From Thermoflexia bacterium (GTDB lineage Bacteria > Chloroflexota > Anaerolineae > B4-G1), in NCBI GenBank assembly GCA_011192155.1, contig DUEK01000004.1, forward strand, positions 1-64,000: 64,000 bases of DNA, given 5' to 3'. Position 1 is the first letter of the stretch; every line of letters begins with the position of its first letter. Of this stretch, positions 46,859 to 55,709 are shown one piece after another. Below the pieces are notes generated by a model. That model had not been told where the DNA came from, did not search any database, and was given only the letters and a program-made list of their open reading frames with translations. A program made the position numbers and the translations under genes.

Positions 46859-47506
46859 TCAAATTTGTTTGATTTGAGAATCTAGCATCGCGTTGCGCGC
46901 GCGGCGCACTGCGCCTATCCATAGGCCGTTCAACGTCAACGTCATTGCCAGCCCACACAGACCCAGGAAGGCCAAGGGGACGGCGACGGTTTCCATCAAG
47001 ACCAGCAGCGCGCGCCCCACTGATCCCAGGAAAGCGAGCAACTGCACGATGGTCGTCGGGCCGCCGCTGACGAGGGCCGGCAGGATGCCGGCTATATTCG
47101 AAAAATCCGCAAAAATGGGGGCCGGCAGGATGCCGGCTATATTCGAAAAATCCGCAAAAATGGGGGCCGGCAGGATGCCAGTCGCGTCCAAAAAGCCCAC
47201 AAAGATGGGAGCCAGCGCCAGCAGCGCCAGCGACACCGTCCCCAGGGTCAGCGTCGCGCCGCCGACGACCGCGCGACGGGCCTGATCTCGGCGAGCCAGG
47301 CGCGTCATCACCTGTACGCGCACGCGGAGCGGGGGTTGCACCATCGGCGCGGCGGAGAACAGGGTATCAAGTGCCTGCAGGCTCTGCCACCCGGCCTGAC
47401 ACGCGCCGCACGCGGTCAGGTGTTCGTCCAGGAGCGCGCTATCTGCGTCATTGAGACGACCATCCAGCCGCTCGGACATCATTTGACCAGCCTGTTTACA
47501 TCGCAT
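46859..47506 (-). CDS. anti-sigma factor, zf-HC2 type, single-pass membrane, with internal tandem 15-aa repeat
   Basis: HLTACGACQ zinc motif, TM segment. GILPAPIFADFSNIA repeated (45-bp DNA tandem repeat 47077..47181). Overlaps the ECF sigma gene by 11 bp. Confidence 0.7.
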   Translation of the reverse strand: MRCKQAGQMMSERLDGRLNDADSALLDEHLTACGACQAGWQSLQALDTLFSAAPMVQPPLRVRVQVMTRLARRDQARRAVVGGATLTLGTVSLALLALAPIFVGFLDATGILPAPIFADFSNIAGILPAPIFADFSNIAGILPALVSGGPTTIVQLLAFLGSVGRALLVLMETVAVPLAFLGLCGLAMTLTLNGLWIGAVRRARNAMLDSQIKQI

Positions 47507-48080
47507 ACTTGATATCTCCTTGCATTGTCTCTGCCAGGGTGCGCCGGGCGCGAAAGAGCCGAGATTTGACCGCGCTCACCGTCAGGTTCAGCGACTCGGC
47601 GATCTCTTCGTAGGAATGATCGTACCAGTAGAGGAGCGTGATTGCCGCCCTATCGGTGGGTGAGAGAGCCGTTAGCAATTGTTGTATCTGTTGTTCCCGC
47701 TCGTGCTGCACTGCCACGGATTCTGGGTTGGGGTCGGTGCTTATCAAGCGCTCCGTTCGCCCGCCCTGAACAGCGATCTCTTCTGTGAGCGAGAGCCAGT
47801 TGATGCGCCGCCGCCGCAACCGGTCAATGCAGTAGTGTGAGGCAATGGACAGTATCCAGGAATGGAAAGGGCGCTGCGGGTCGTAGGTGTGCAATTTGGT
47901 ATAGACGCGCAGAAATGTCTCCTGGGTCGCTTCATCGGCCTCATCCGTGTTGCTCAGCATCCGGTAGGCCAGGTTGTAGACGGGCGTCTGGTAAGCCACG
48001 ACCAGGCGACCAAATGCGACTTGGTCGCCCGCCCGCGCTAGTTGAATCCACTCTCTTTCTTTTTCGTTTTCGTCGGTCAC
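47496..48080 (-). CDS. ECF (group IV) RNA polymerase sigma factor
   Basis: Sigma-70 region 2 (ETFLRVYTKLHTYDP...FHSWILSIASHYCID) and region 4 (EEIAESLNLTVSAVKSRLFRAR). Confidence 0.85.
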   Translation of the reverse strand: MTDENEKEREWIQLARAGDQVAFGRLVVAYQTPVYNLAYRMLSNTDEADEATQETFLRVYTKLHTYDPQRPFHSWILSIASHYCIDRLRRRRINWLSLTEEIAVQGGRTERLISTDPNPESVAVQHEREQQIQQLLTALSPTDRAAITLLYWYDHSYEEIAESLNLTVSAVKSRLFRARRTLAETMQGDIKYAM

Positions 48081-48321
48081 ACGTGTGCTCCCACCCCGGC
48101 CCGAATACTTCCAGGCAGTCTATATACGCACCAATCTTGGCAGGGTTGCAGGTTATTTTCGTTGTTTAGAGTGGGTTTGTCAAGTTTGAGTTGTCTGGTG
48201 ATTACCCACAAATATGCAGATGTCAGGTGATCGTTTTTTCACCACAGAGGCACAGAGGACACTGAGCCTATATTTCGCATCCTGGCGCAGCCTATTTGTG
48301 TCTTTTTCAAAAAGCGGGGAA

Positions 48322-48356
48322 AGAAACCAGGTTTTTCAGAAAAAAACCTGGTTTCT
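48322..48356. repeat. REP-like hairpin, family A (AGAAACCAGGTTTTT-CAGAA-AAAAACCTGGTTTCT)
   Basis: 15-bp perfect arms. Located in the 750-bp divergent intergenic region, not at a gene end. Confidence 0.6.
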
Positions 48357-48553
48357 CACTGGCCCAGACGGCGAATCTGCCCAAGTTGGGTTTGGAAGAA
48401 CAAAGTGTCAAGCCCCAAATCAAGCTGTCCAGAGGTGCGGAAAATAGGCTGAGACAGGGTATTTTTGTGTTTTCTTTCTCTACCGTACACTTTGTGATCA
48501 CGAATAACACAAATGAACAAATGACACGAATCTGTGTTGAAATGAATAAAAAA

Positions 48554-48674
48554 CAGCAACTCCCGTTATGGGGGAAAAGTCAGGTCGTAACCGCGATTTC
48601 GCAATCGCGCAGGGCGCTTTACGCGGAAAAACAGACGCGATTTGGAAATCGCGGCTACAAAACGGGAATTGCTG
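48554..48674 (+). mobile_element. 121-bp MITE-like element, copy 1
   Basis: CAGCAACTCCCGTT...AACGGGAATTGCTG terminal inverted repeats. Internal nested palindromes. About 95% identical, in inverted orientation, to 62908..63028. Confidence 0.6.
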
Positions 48675-48831
48675 AGCTGTGGTGAGATGTGGGTAATCAC
48701 CAGTGAGATGTGCTTTGGTGCAACACGCCTACACTTTGGGTTTTCATTCAGGTGTGATAAAATAGCGACCTCACAATGGGAACAATACACAGCTTGAGCA
48801 ACAGAGCAATTTCCGGTGGGCGAGGTGCTTT

Positions 48832-49032
48832 GTGATCCGCGTCAATAATCGCGATGAGATCGAGTGGGAAGAGGGATTGACCGTCTCCAATCTGCTGACA
48901 CGGTTTGGCTATACCTTTGTCCACATCATTGTCAAAATCAACGGCGAGGTAATCCCCCGCGAGGCGCACGCCACCCACACCGTCCCCGATGGCGCGGACG
49001 TGCGGGTGATCCACCTCATCGCCGGTGGATGA
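48832..49032 (+). CDS. thiS: ThiS/MoaD-like sulfur-carrier (ubiquitin-fold) protein
   Basis: 66 aa ending in GG. Pattern MIRVN..EIEWEEGLTVSNLL...INGEVIPR...DGADVRVIHLIAGG. GTG start. No thiF/thiG/moaE nearby. Confidence 0.5.
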   Translation: MIRVNNRDEIEWEEGLTVSNLLTRFGYTFVHIIVKINGEVIPREAHATHTVPDGADVRVIHLIAGG

Positions 49033-50431
49033 TGGCGGCGCTTGGGAGAAACCATTGAGCGACGTCGTCGAGTCACTCCAAACGATTGATCTGCGCATCG
49101 AGCATCTGAACCGCACCATCCTCAAACTTTCTGTCCCCTCAGTGATGGAGAGTATACTGACCACCCTAGTCTATCTCGTTGACGCGATCCTCGTCGGCTG
49201 GCTGAACGATCCGGCTGCGCTGGCGGCGGTGGGTTTGAGCGGCATGTTAATGTGGGCCGCCGACGGCCTGTTTGGAGCCATCTCGGTCAGCGTGTCGGCG
49301 CTGGTGGCCCGCTTTTGGGGGGCGGGGGACTTTGAAAACGCGCGCCGAGTCGCTGGGCAATCCCTCATTTTGAGCATTTTGGCGGCGCTGGCACTGATGG
49401 CCCTGCTGATTCCCGCGTCTGAACTTTTTCTCCAGGTGATGGGGGGCGAGCGGGATGTCGTGCTGCGCGGGGCAGAGTACATTCGCATCCTCTTGGCGGC
49501 AGCACCCGTCAGCTTTACGCTTATCGTCGCCAACAGCATTATGCGGGCCACTGGCGATACCCGCAAGCCGATGACCATCACTGGCATGATGAACTTGTTC
49601 AACGTGGCTTTAGCCTATGCGTTGATCTTTGGGCTTGGCCCGATCCCGCGACTGGAACTGCGGGGGGCGGCCCTGGCGACCAGTTTGGCCCGCGCGCTTG
49701 GCGGCGTCATCGCGTTGAGTGTTCTGTTTTCGCCCAAAACGCCCATTCACCTGCGGTTGAGGCACCTCCGCCGCTGGGATTTCGGCCTCATCTGGCGCAT
49801 CATCCGCATATCGCTGCCAAACGTCGGCGAGACAATCGTCTCTCGGCTTGGCTTTATTCTGTTTATGCGCATCGTCTCCGCCCTGGGCACGATTGCGCTG
49901 GCCGCGCACCAGATTGCTCTGTGCGTTGAGTCGCTGGCCTTTATGCCCAGTTGGGGATTGGCGACGGCGACGGCGGCCCTAGTCGGCCAGGCGTTGGGCG
50001 CGCAGAAGGAGAACGTAGCCGAACAGGGCATCCGGCGTACGTTGCTGATGGGGAATGGGATGATGACCCTGATCAGCGCCGTGTTCGTCGCTTTTGGGCC
50101 GGCAATTGTACGGCTCTTTGGCATCCAGGATGTGGATTTGGCGAGCATGGCGGCCACGGCTATTCGCACCTCGGCTCTGGAGCTGTTTGGCCTCTGCTCG
50201 TTGATGATCATCGCCGGCTGTCTGCGTGGGGCGGGCGACACCCGCACACCGATGACGGTCACACTGGTGGGCACGCTCCTGTTCCGCGTACCGACGACCT
50301 ATCTCTTTGCCATCACCCTGAACGCGGGGTTGAGGGGCGTCTGGCTGGCGACGGCGGTGGATTGGAGTATGCGGGCGCTGATCATGTTCTTTCTCTACAT
50401 GCGCGGCAATTGGAAGACGGTCAATATCTGA
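49025..50431 (+). CDS. MATE-family efflux transporter
   Basis: 12 TM, two MatE repeats. GTG start overlapping the thiS-like stop. Start uncertain. Confidence 0.75.
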   Translation: MDDGGAWEKPLSDVVESLQTIDLRIEHLNRTILKLSVPSVMESILTTLVYLVDAILVGWLNDPAALAAVGLSGMLMWAADGLFGAISVSVSALVARFWGAGDFENARRVAGQSLILSILAALALMALLIPASELFLQVMGGERDVVLRGAEYIRILLAAAPVSFTLIVANSIMRATGDTRKPMTITGMMNLFNVALAYALIFGLGPIPRLELRGAALATSLARALGGVIALSVLFSPKTPIHLRLRHLRRWDFGLIWRIIRISLPNVGETIVSRLGFILFMRIVSALGTIALAAHQIALCVESLAFMPSWGLATATAALVGQALGAQKENVAEQGIRRTLLMGNGMMTLISAVFVAFGPAIVRLFGIQDVDLASMAATAIRTSALELFGLCSLMIIAGCLRGAGDTRTPMTVTLVGTLLFRVPTTYLFAITLNAGLRGVWLATAVDWSMRALIMFFLYMRGNWKTVNI

Positions 50432-50479
50432 ACAAGGAGGCCCAAAATAAACAAGCGGCTAGATGTACTGTGTGCTAAA

Positions 50480-51607
50480 ATGACTAAAGCTGGGATAGAT
50501 GCGGCCCTCTTGCTCCATCACCGCGATATACTCTATTATGCCGGTGTTGCGCGCCCGGCGGCTCTGCTCGTCTCTCCTGGCGACGCGGCGCTTTTCGTGC
50601 GACGCGGTCTTGAGTATGCTCAACAAGAGGCCACTATCGCGCGCGTCGAACCGATGAAGGGGTTTTCCAGCATCGCCGAGGTCGTGGACGAGCTGGGATT
50701 GACCGGCGGCGTGATGGGCACTGAGCTTGATCTGGTTCCAGCGCAGCTCTACCGGCGGTTGGCGGAGACGTTCCCCGCCTGGTCGCTGGCCGACATCACG
50801 CCACTGGTGCTGACTCAACGCATGGTCAAGGGCGAGAACGAGATCACCGCTACGCGCCGCGCGGCCGCCGTAGCCGACATCGGGCACGAGACTGCCCGCC
50901 GAACCGTCGCGCCAGGTGTGAGCGAGTTGGCGCTGGCGGCCGAGGTGGAAGCGGCAATGAGGCGGGCCGGCCACGAGGGGTTCCAGCCGCTGCGCCACCC
51001 CGGCGCGCGTGGAGCGGGGGTGCTGCTGGCGAGCGGGGAAAACCTGACCATACGCGGAGGTCACGGCCTGGTGGTGACTGGCGCAGGGCTAGGTCCTGCT
51101 ATGCCCTACGGCCCCTCCCACCGGGTGATGGAGCCGGGCGACTTGGTCGTTGTGGACATTGGCTCCACCTACACGGGCTACACTGGCGACGAATCTCGCA
51201 CCTTTGTCGTGGGACCGGCCACAGCGGAGCAGCACGCACTCTTTGGGGTGGTCCGCGCGGCGGAGGAGGCAGTGCTTGAGAGTTTGCGCCCTGGCGTCCC
51301 TATCGTTGGTCTCTATCTCGTGGCTGAGAAAGTGATTGCACAAGGCAGCCGGCCTTTTTTCTCTCCCGGCAGTCTGACGCTGCCCGGATTTGTCGGTCAC
51401 GGCATTGGGCTGGAACTGGACGAACCGCCCGTGCTCTGGCCGCGCGCTGAGGCGCGCTTGCAGGCGGGGATGGTGCTCGCCATCGAGATTGAGGTCAGCG
51501 CGCCCGCTCAGGGGATGATGATCAAGTTGGAGGACACCGTCGTCGTGCGGCCGGATGGGTGCGAGGTATTGACTCGTACGCCGCGCGAGTTGATCGAGTG
51601 TGGTTAG
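50480..51607 (+). CDS. M24-family metallopeptidase (Xaa-Pro aminopeptidase/creatinase-like)
   Basis: Creatinase N-domain plus pita-bread domain metal ligands (D...D...H...E...E: VVDIGSTYTGYTGDESRT, HGIGLELDE). Confidence 0.8.
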   Translation: MTKAGIDAALLLHHRDILYYAGVARPAALLVSPGDAALFVRRGLEYAQQEATIARVEPMKGFSSIAEVVDELGLTGGVMGTELDLVPAQLYRRLAETFPAWSLADITPLVLTQRMVKGENEITATRRAAAVADIGHETARRTVAPGVSELALAAEVEAAMRRAGHEGFQPLRHPGARGAGVLLASGENLTIRGGHGLVVTGAGLGPAMPYGPSHRVMEPGDLVVVDIGSTYTGYTGDESRTFVVGPATAEQHALFGVVRAAEEAVLESLRPGVPIVGLYLVAEKVIAQGSRPFFSPGSLTLPGFVGHGIGLELDEPPVLWPRAEARLQAGMVLAIEIEVSAPAQGMMIKLEDTVVVRPDGCEVLTRTPRELIECG

Positions 51608-51646
51608 AGCGTTCGGCTCGCGCCGGGAATGAAGAAACCAGGTCTC

Positions 51647-53476
51647 TTATGCGGCGACCGGTATCGTGAATGTGAAAGTTGTCCCTTCTCCAAGCTGGCT
51701 TTTCACCTTCATCTCGCCGCCCTGAAGCTCCACCAGGCTCTTGGTTATGCACAGCCCCAGCCCCGTGCCGGGCATATCGCGCACTGCGGGATTTTCTGAT
51801 CGGAAGAACTTTGTGAATAGTTTTTCCAAATCCTCCGGCGACATGCCAACGCCCGTATCAGAGACGGTACAACTGACATAGCCATTCTGCTGCCGGGCGT
51901 GTACCTTGATGCTGCCCCCCTCAGGGGTGTATTTGTAGGCGTTGCTGAGCAGGTTGATCAAGATTTGCGTCAGCCGCGCCTGGTCAGCGTGGATCAGCGG
52001 CAAGTCCTCCGACATCTCCACCATCAACTGCTGTGATCGAGCCTCGACCTGCCCTTGCGTAGATTGCAAAGCCTCCGTCAGTGCGTCTTTCAGAGCCGTC
52101 GGCTGCATTTCGAGTTTCAGATGCCCGGTCTCAATGCGAGAGACGTCCTGCAGATCTGAAACCTGGATTTGCATACGCTTCACGTTGCTGCTGATGGTTT
52201 GGATAAACTGTTCTTGTTGGGGGGACAATTCGCCAAACATTCCCTTCAATAGCATCTCGGCATAGCCCCGGATGGATGTCATCGGCGTGCGCAGTTCGTG
52301 GGCGACGAACGAGACAAACTCTGTTTTGGCCTGGTTGGCCTGTTGAACTTGATCGTACAACTGGGCGTTCTCGATCGCCATAGCAGCGTGACCCGCTAAC
52401 TGGCCAGCAAATTGAACACGAGACAACTGGAATGCAGCGCCTTTATCCCTTCGCAGGTCCAACAGCCCCACTGTCCGATCCTCGTAACGAATGGGAACCA
52501 GCATCCGTGTGGCCTCGATCAAAATAGGCTCTTGGCTGCTCATAACTCGCTTGACTATATCCGGCTTTGGTTCCGCCAGATTTTTGTCGCCAGCGCGGGA
52601 AACCGTGCTCACGTTGCCGTTTTCGTCCAGGATGCACAATGTCCCCACGTCCGCCCGCGTGGCCTGCATTGCCCAGGAAAGCGCCAGGTCTAGCACCCGT
52701 CCAAGATCCAGGCTGGTGGCGTTCAGTTCCTGATCAATATGTTGCAATGTTGTCAGTTCCTCTACTCGCGCGCTCAAGGCCTGATCGGTCATCGTGTACA
52801 AACGGGCGTTCTCGATGGCGATGGCGGCTTGGCTGGCGAACGCCGTCAGCAAAGGTAAATCAGACTCGGAGAAAACATTCTCTCGAATTCGGTTATCCAG
52901 GTAAAGAGCGCCGATCACCCAGTCCCGGATGTGCAATGGCACGCAGGCAATTGACCGCAGATTGTAACCGACGACACTCTCTTGCCCTGAGAAGCGAGGG
53001 TCACGTTGAGCATTGGTGGTCAGCACCGGTTCCCCTCCATCCACCGCCTCACGCACCACTGTCTGACTGACTTCCAAGTCGGAAGCGTCAACACTCTCCT
53101 GATCAAAGTTCTGAGCTGCCCGGATATCTAGATGGCCTTTTTCGTCCAAGAGCATCAGGCAGCCCCGTTCGGCGCCTGTGAGGTGGATGAGTGAGTCCAT
53201 CACCAACCCCAATGTCTCTGTCAGGTCAAGCGACGAGTTCAAAACTGTGATGATTTCGTAGAGGGTCGCCACCTCCGCTCCCTCCGCCGATCCTCCGGCT
53301 AGGTCCATCACCATCTGTTGCCATTCCTGGAGACGGGCGATCAATTGCTCGTGCGGAATCCCGTGAGGTTGCCTCAGCGCGTTTTGTACTACACGCATGC
53401 TCTCCAGAAGTGTTGCAGTTGTGCCTCCTCCCACTGTGATTGTAGCTTTATTCATTGTGGCTTTTGTCTCCTTCAT
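51647..53476 (-). CDS. orphan sensor histidine kinase with tandem GAF domains (cytoplasmic)
   Basis: H-box AHELRTPMTSIRGY, HATPase N/G boxes. Two GAF domains. No TM. No adjacent regulator. Confidence 0.8.
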   Translation of the reverse strand: MKETKATMNKATITVGGGTTATLLESMRVVQNALRQPHGIPHEQLIARLQEWQQMVMDLAGGSAEGAEVATLYEIITVLNSSLDLTETLGLVMDSLIHLTGAERGCLMLLDEKGHLDIRAAQNFDQESVDASDLEVSQTVVREAVDGGEPVLTTNAQRDPRFSGQESVVGYNLRSIACVPLHIRDWVIGALYLDNRIRENVFSESDLPLLTAFASQAAIAIENARLYTMTDQALSARVEELTTLQHIDQELNATSLDLGRVLDLALSWAMQATRADVGTLCILDENGNVSTVSRAGDKNLAEPKPDIVKRVMSSQEPILIEATRMLVPIRYEDRTVGLLDLRRDKGAAFQLSRVQFAGQLAGHAAMAIENAQLYDQVQQANQAKTEFVSFVAHELRTPMTSIRGYAEMLLKGMFGELSPQQEQFIQTISSNVKRMQIQVSDLQDVSRIETGHLKLEMQPTALKDALTEALQSTQGQVEARSQQLMVEMSEDLPLIHADQARLTQILINLLSNAYKYTPEGGSIKVHARQQNGYVSCTVSDTGVGMSPEDLEKLFTKFFRSENPAVRDMPGTGLGLCITKSLVELQGGEMKVKSQLGEGTTFTFTIPVAA

Positions 53477-53847
53477 TCCAGTTCCTTTTTGGGCTTTTTG
53501 ATACAGAATTGCACCACTGCTATCCGGCGAGCAAGCGAGAGAGACTCTCTCCCCGATGATGACAACAGGATACCACAAAAGGAGCTGACGGGAGTTGCGA
53601 TGCAGTTACGATTTGGTTAACGCACTGCAGGACGCTGCTCAGGGGGTATAATCTGTGGAGATCCGGAATCTTGGCTGAACATTTGTTCCCTACTCCCTAT
53701 TTCTACATTTGGCAGACAACTTTTCCCATGATATACTGGCGTAAATTGCTCTACTGTAACATATTCGAGAGACATTGCCAATCATCCAACCGGCGGCGGG
53801 CGAACCCTCGCTGGACGGCTACAAATAATCATCAAGGAGGAAACACC

Positions 53848-55614
53848 ATGACCCTAAACCTGGATGCAATCGGCAAGAAAATCGGTCCCATCACTACCGA
53901 GTACAATTGGAAGGACATCGTCCTCTACGCGCTGGGCGTGGGGGCCGGCTTTGACGAGTTGGAATACGTCTACGAAGACCGGCTAAAGGCGATCCCGTCT
54001 TTTGCCGCCACCGCCCTTTACGATTTTCTGGGTGAGTTTGTGGCTATCACGGGCGTCAACCTGGCAGGCATCCTTCATGGGGAGCACGATCTGATTTTCC
54101 ACAATCCCATTCCCCCAGAGGGCGGTGCGCTCACCAGTGAGGCGCGTATCACCAATATCTACGACAAGGGCGAGGGCAAGGGCGCGCTGGTGATCGGCCA
54201 GGTGAATACTTACCACGAGGATGGGCAAAAGCTGTTCACCAACGTCGCCACCCTGTTTTCCCGGCTGGATGGCGGCTTTGGCGGCGAGAACGCGCCCCGG
54301 ACGACGTTCGAGTTCCCAGACCGGGAACCGGATTTCGAGGAACTAGCGCAGCCCTCAGCCGACCAGCCTCTGACCTACCGGCTTTCGGGCGACACCTTTG
54401 CTTTGCACGTTGACCCCGACTTTGCTCAGATGAGCGGCTTTGAGCGACCCATCATGCATGGCCTGTGTACCCACGGCTACGCCTGCCGCGCCGTCATCAA
54501 ACATCTGTTCCCCGGTGAGCCGGAGCGGATGACGCACTTTCGCAATCGCTTTTCCAAGGCGCTCTATCCGGGTACGCCGATCAAGACCCAGATATGGCAA
54601 GTCGAGGAAGGAAAAGCTCTTTTCAGAACCATCAACGTCGAGACGGGCAAGGCGGTACTCGATCGGGGCGTGGTCGAGTGGATGAGCCGGGGGGAGGCGG
54701 AGAAGCGAGGTAAGGGCGGCATTCGATTTGACAGCCAGGTAGCCATCGTCACCGGCGCTGGCGGCGGCCTGGGCCGCGTCTATGCGCTGGAATTGGCGAA
54801 ACGGGGCGCCAAGGTAGTGGTCAACGACCTGGGCGGCGCGCGCGATGGCACGGGTAAAGGCTCCGCCCGCCCCGCCGACGCGGTTGTGCAGGAGATTCAG
54901 GAGGCTGGCGGCGAGGCGGTCGCTAACTATGACTCGGTCGCCACGCGGGAGGGGGGCGAGGCAATCGTCCAGACCGCGCTGGATAGCTTTGGCAAGGTGG
55001 ACATCCTCATCAACAACGCCGGCATCCTGCGCGATAAATCCTTCGCCAAGATGACGCCGGAGCAATGGGACGGTGTGCTGGCGGTACATCTGCAAGGGGC
55101 CTACAACGTCACCGCTCCGGCTTTCCGCGCCATGCGGGAGAACGGCTATGGGCGCGTGGTGATGACCACCTCGGCGGCGGGGCTGTTCGGCAACTTTGGG
55201 CAGGCCAATTACAGCGCGGCCAAGATGGGACTGGTGGGAATGATGAACACACTCAAGCTGGAGGGAGCCAAGCACAACATCAAAGTCAACACCATCGCGC
55301 CCCTGGCCGCTACCCGGCTGACGGAGGACGTCATGCCGCCCGATATGCTGAAAAAGCTCAAGCCGGAAATGGTCGCGCCGCTGGCGCTCTATCTCTGCGC
55401 GGAGCAGTGCGCCGAGAGCGGTCTGGTCGTGAACGCCGGCGGCGGGTTCTTTAGCCGAGCGGCGGTGGCCTCTGCGCCCGTCGTGCAGGTTGGTGACGGG
55501 CAGCAAGCGCCCACGGTGGAAGAGATTCACCGTCACTGGGCCGAAATTGACAGCCTGGAAAGCAGCCGGCAGTATCAAGATGCCAATGCAATGTTGATGG
55601 ATATGCTGGCGTGA
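53848..55614 (+). CDS. bifunctional MaoC-like (R)-hydratase (double hot-dog) :: SDR 3-hydroxyacyl-CoA dehydrogenase fusion
   Basis: N-terminal hot-dog pair, C-terminal SDR (VAIVTGAGGGLGRVYAL, NNAG, YSAAKMGL). Start at MTLNLD with RBS AAGGAGGAAACACC. Domain order is the reverse of eukaryotic MFE-2. Confidence 0.8.
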   Translation: MTLNLDAIGKKIGPITTEYNWKDIVLYALGVGAGFDELEYVYEDRLKAIPSFAATALYDFLGEFVAITGVNLAGILHGEHDLIFHNPIPPEGGALTSEARITNIYDKGEGKGALVIGQVNTYHEDGQKLFTNVATLFSRLDGGFGGENAPRTTFEFPDREPDFEELAQPSADQPLTYRLSGDTFALHVDPDFAQMSGFERPIMHGLCTHGYACRAVIKHLFPGEPERMTHFRNRFSKALYPGTPIKTQIWQVEEGKALFRTINVETGKAVLDRGVVEWMSRGEAEKRGKGGIRFDSQVAIVTGAGGGLGRVYALELAKRGAKVVVNDLGGARDGTGKGSARPADAVVQEIQEAGGEAVANYDSVATREGGEAIVQTALDSFGKVDILINNAGILRDKSFAKMTPEQWDGVLAVHLQGAYNVTAPAFRAMRENGYGRVVMTTSAAGLFGNFGQANYSAAKMGLVGMMNTLKLEGAKHNIKVNTIAPLAATRLTEDVMPPDMLKKLKPEMVAPLALYLCAEQCAESGLVVNAGGGFFSRAAVASAPVVQVGDGQQAPTVEEIHRHWAEIDSLESSRQYQDANAMLMDMLA

Positions 55615-55698
55615 AACATCAAACGTCAAGCGTCAAACGTGAAACGTGAAACGTCAAACGTCAAGCGTCAAACGTGAAACGTCAAATGGGAAACGTGA
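55611..55698. repeat. tandem array of GTCAAACG/GTGAAACG heptamer-based units (about 2 x 30 bp)
   Basis: Sequence gtgaaacatcaaacgtcaagcgtcaaacgtgaaacgtgaaacgtcaaacgtcaagcgtcaaacgtgaaacgtcaaatgg. Starts at the stop codon of the MaoC-SDR gene. Confidence 0.6.
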
Positions 55699-55709
55699 GA
55701 GAGGAAACG

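Noticed and set aside
48296-48685. 129-aa ORF, and 62889..63113 74-aa ORF, sharing a conserved peptide
   Set aside because: The shared peptide simply reflects the two copies of the 121-bp MITE-like DNA repeat. There is no coding signal.
48680-48831. Possible TPP riboswitch upstream of the thiS-like gene
   Set aside because: No CTGAGA / ACCTGATCTGGATAATGCCAGCGTAGGGA-type THI-box elements are recognisable.
48081-48831. Chromosomal replication origin
   Set aside because: Coding polarity diverges from here and two TTACCCACA near-DnaA boxes exist. But no dnaA, dnaN or gidA is adjacent and there is no box cluster. It is retained only as a low-confidence remark inside a finding.
55611-55698. Tandem short repeats resembling a mini CRISPR array
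   Set aside because: Periodicity is 7-30 bp with no unique spacers, no leader, and no cas genes. It is a simple repeat array, not CRISPR.
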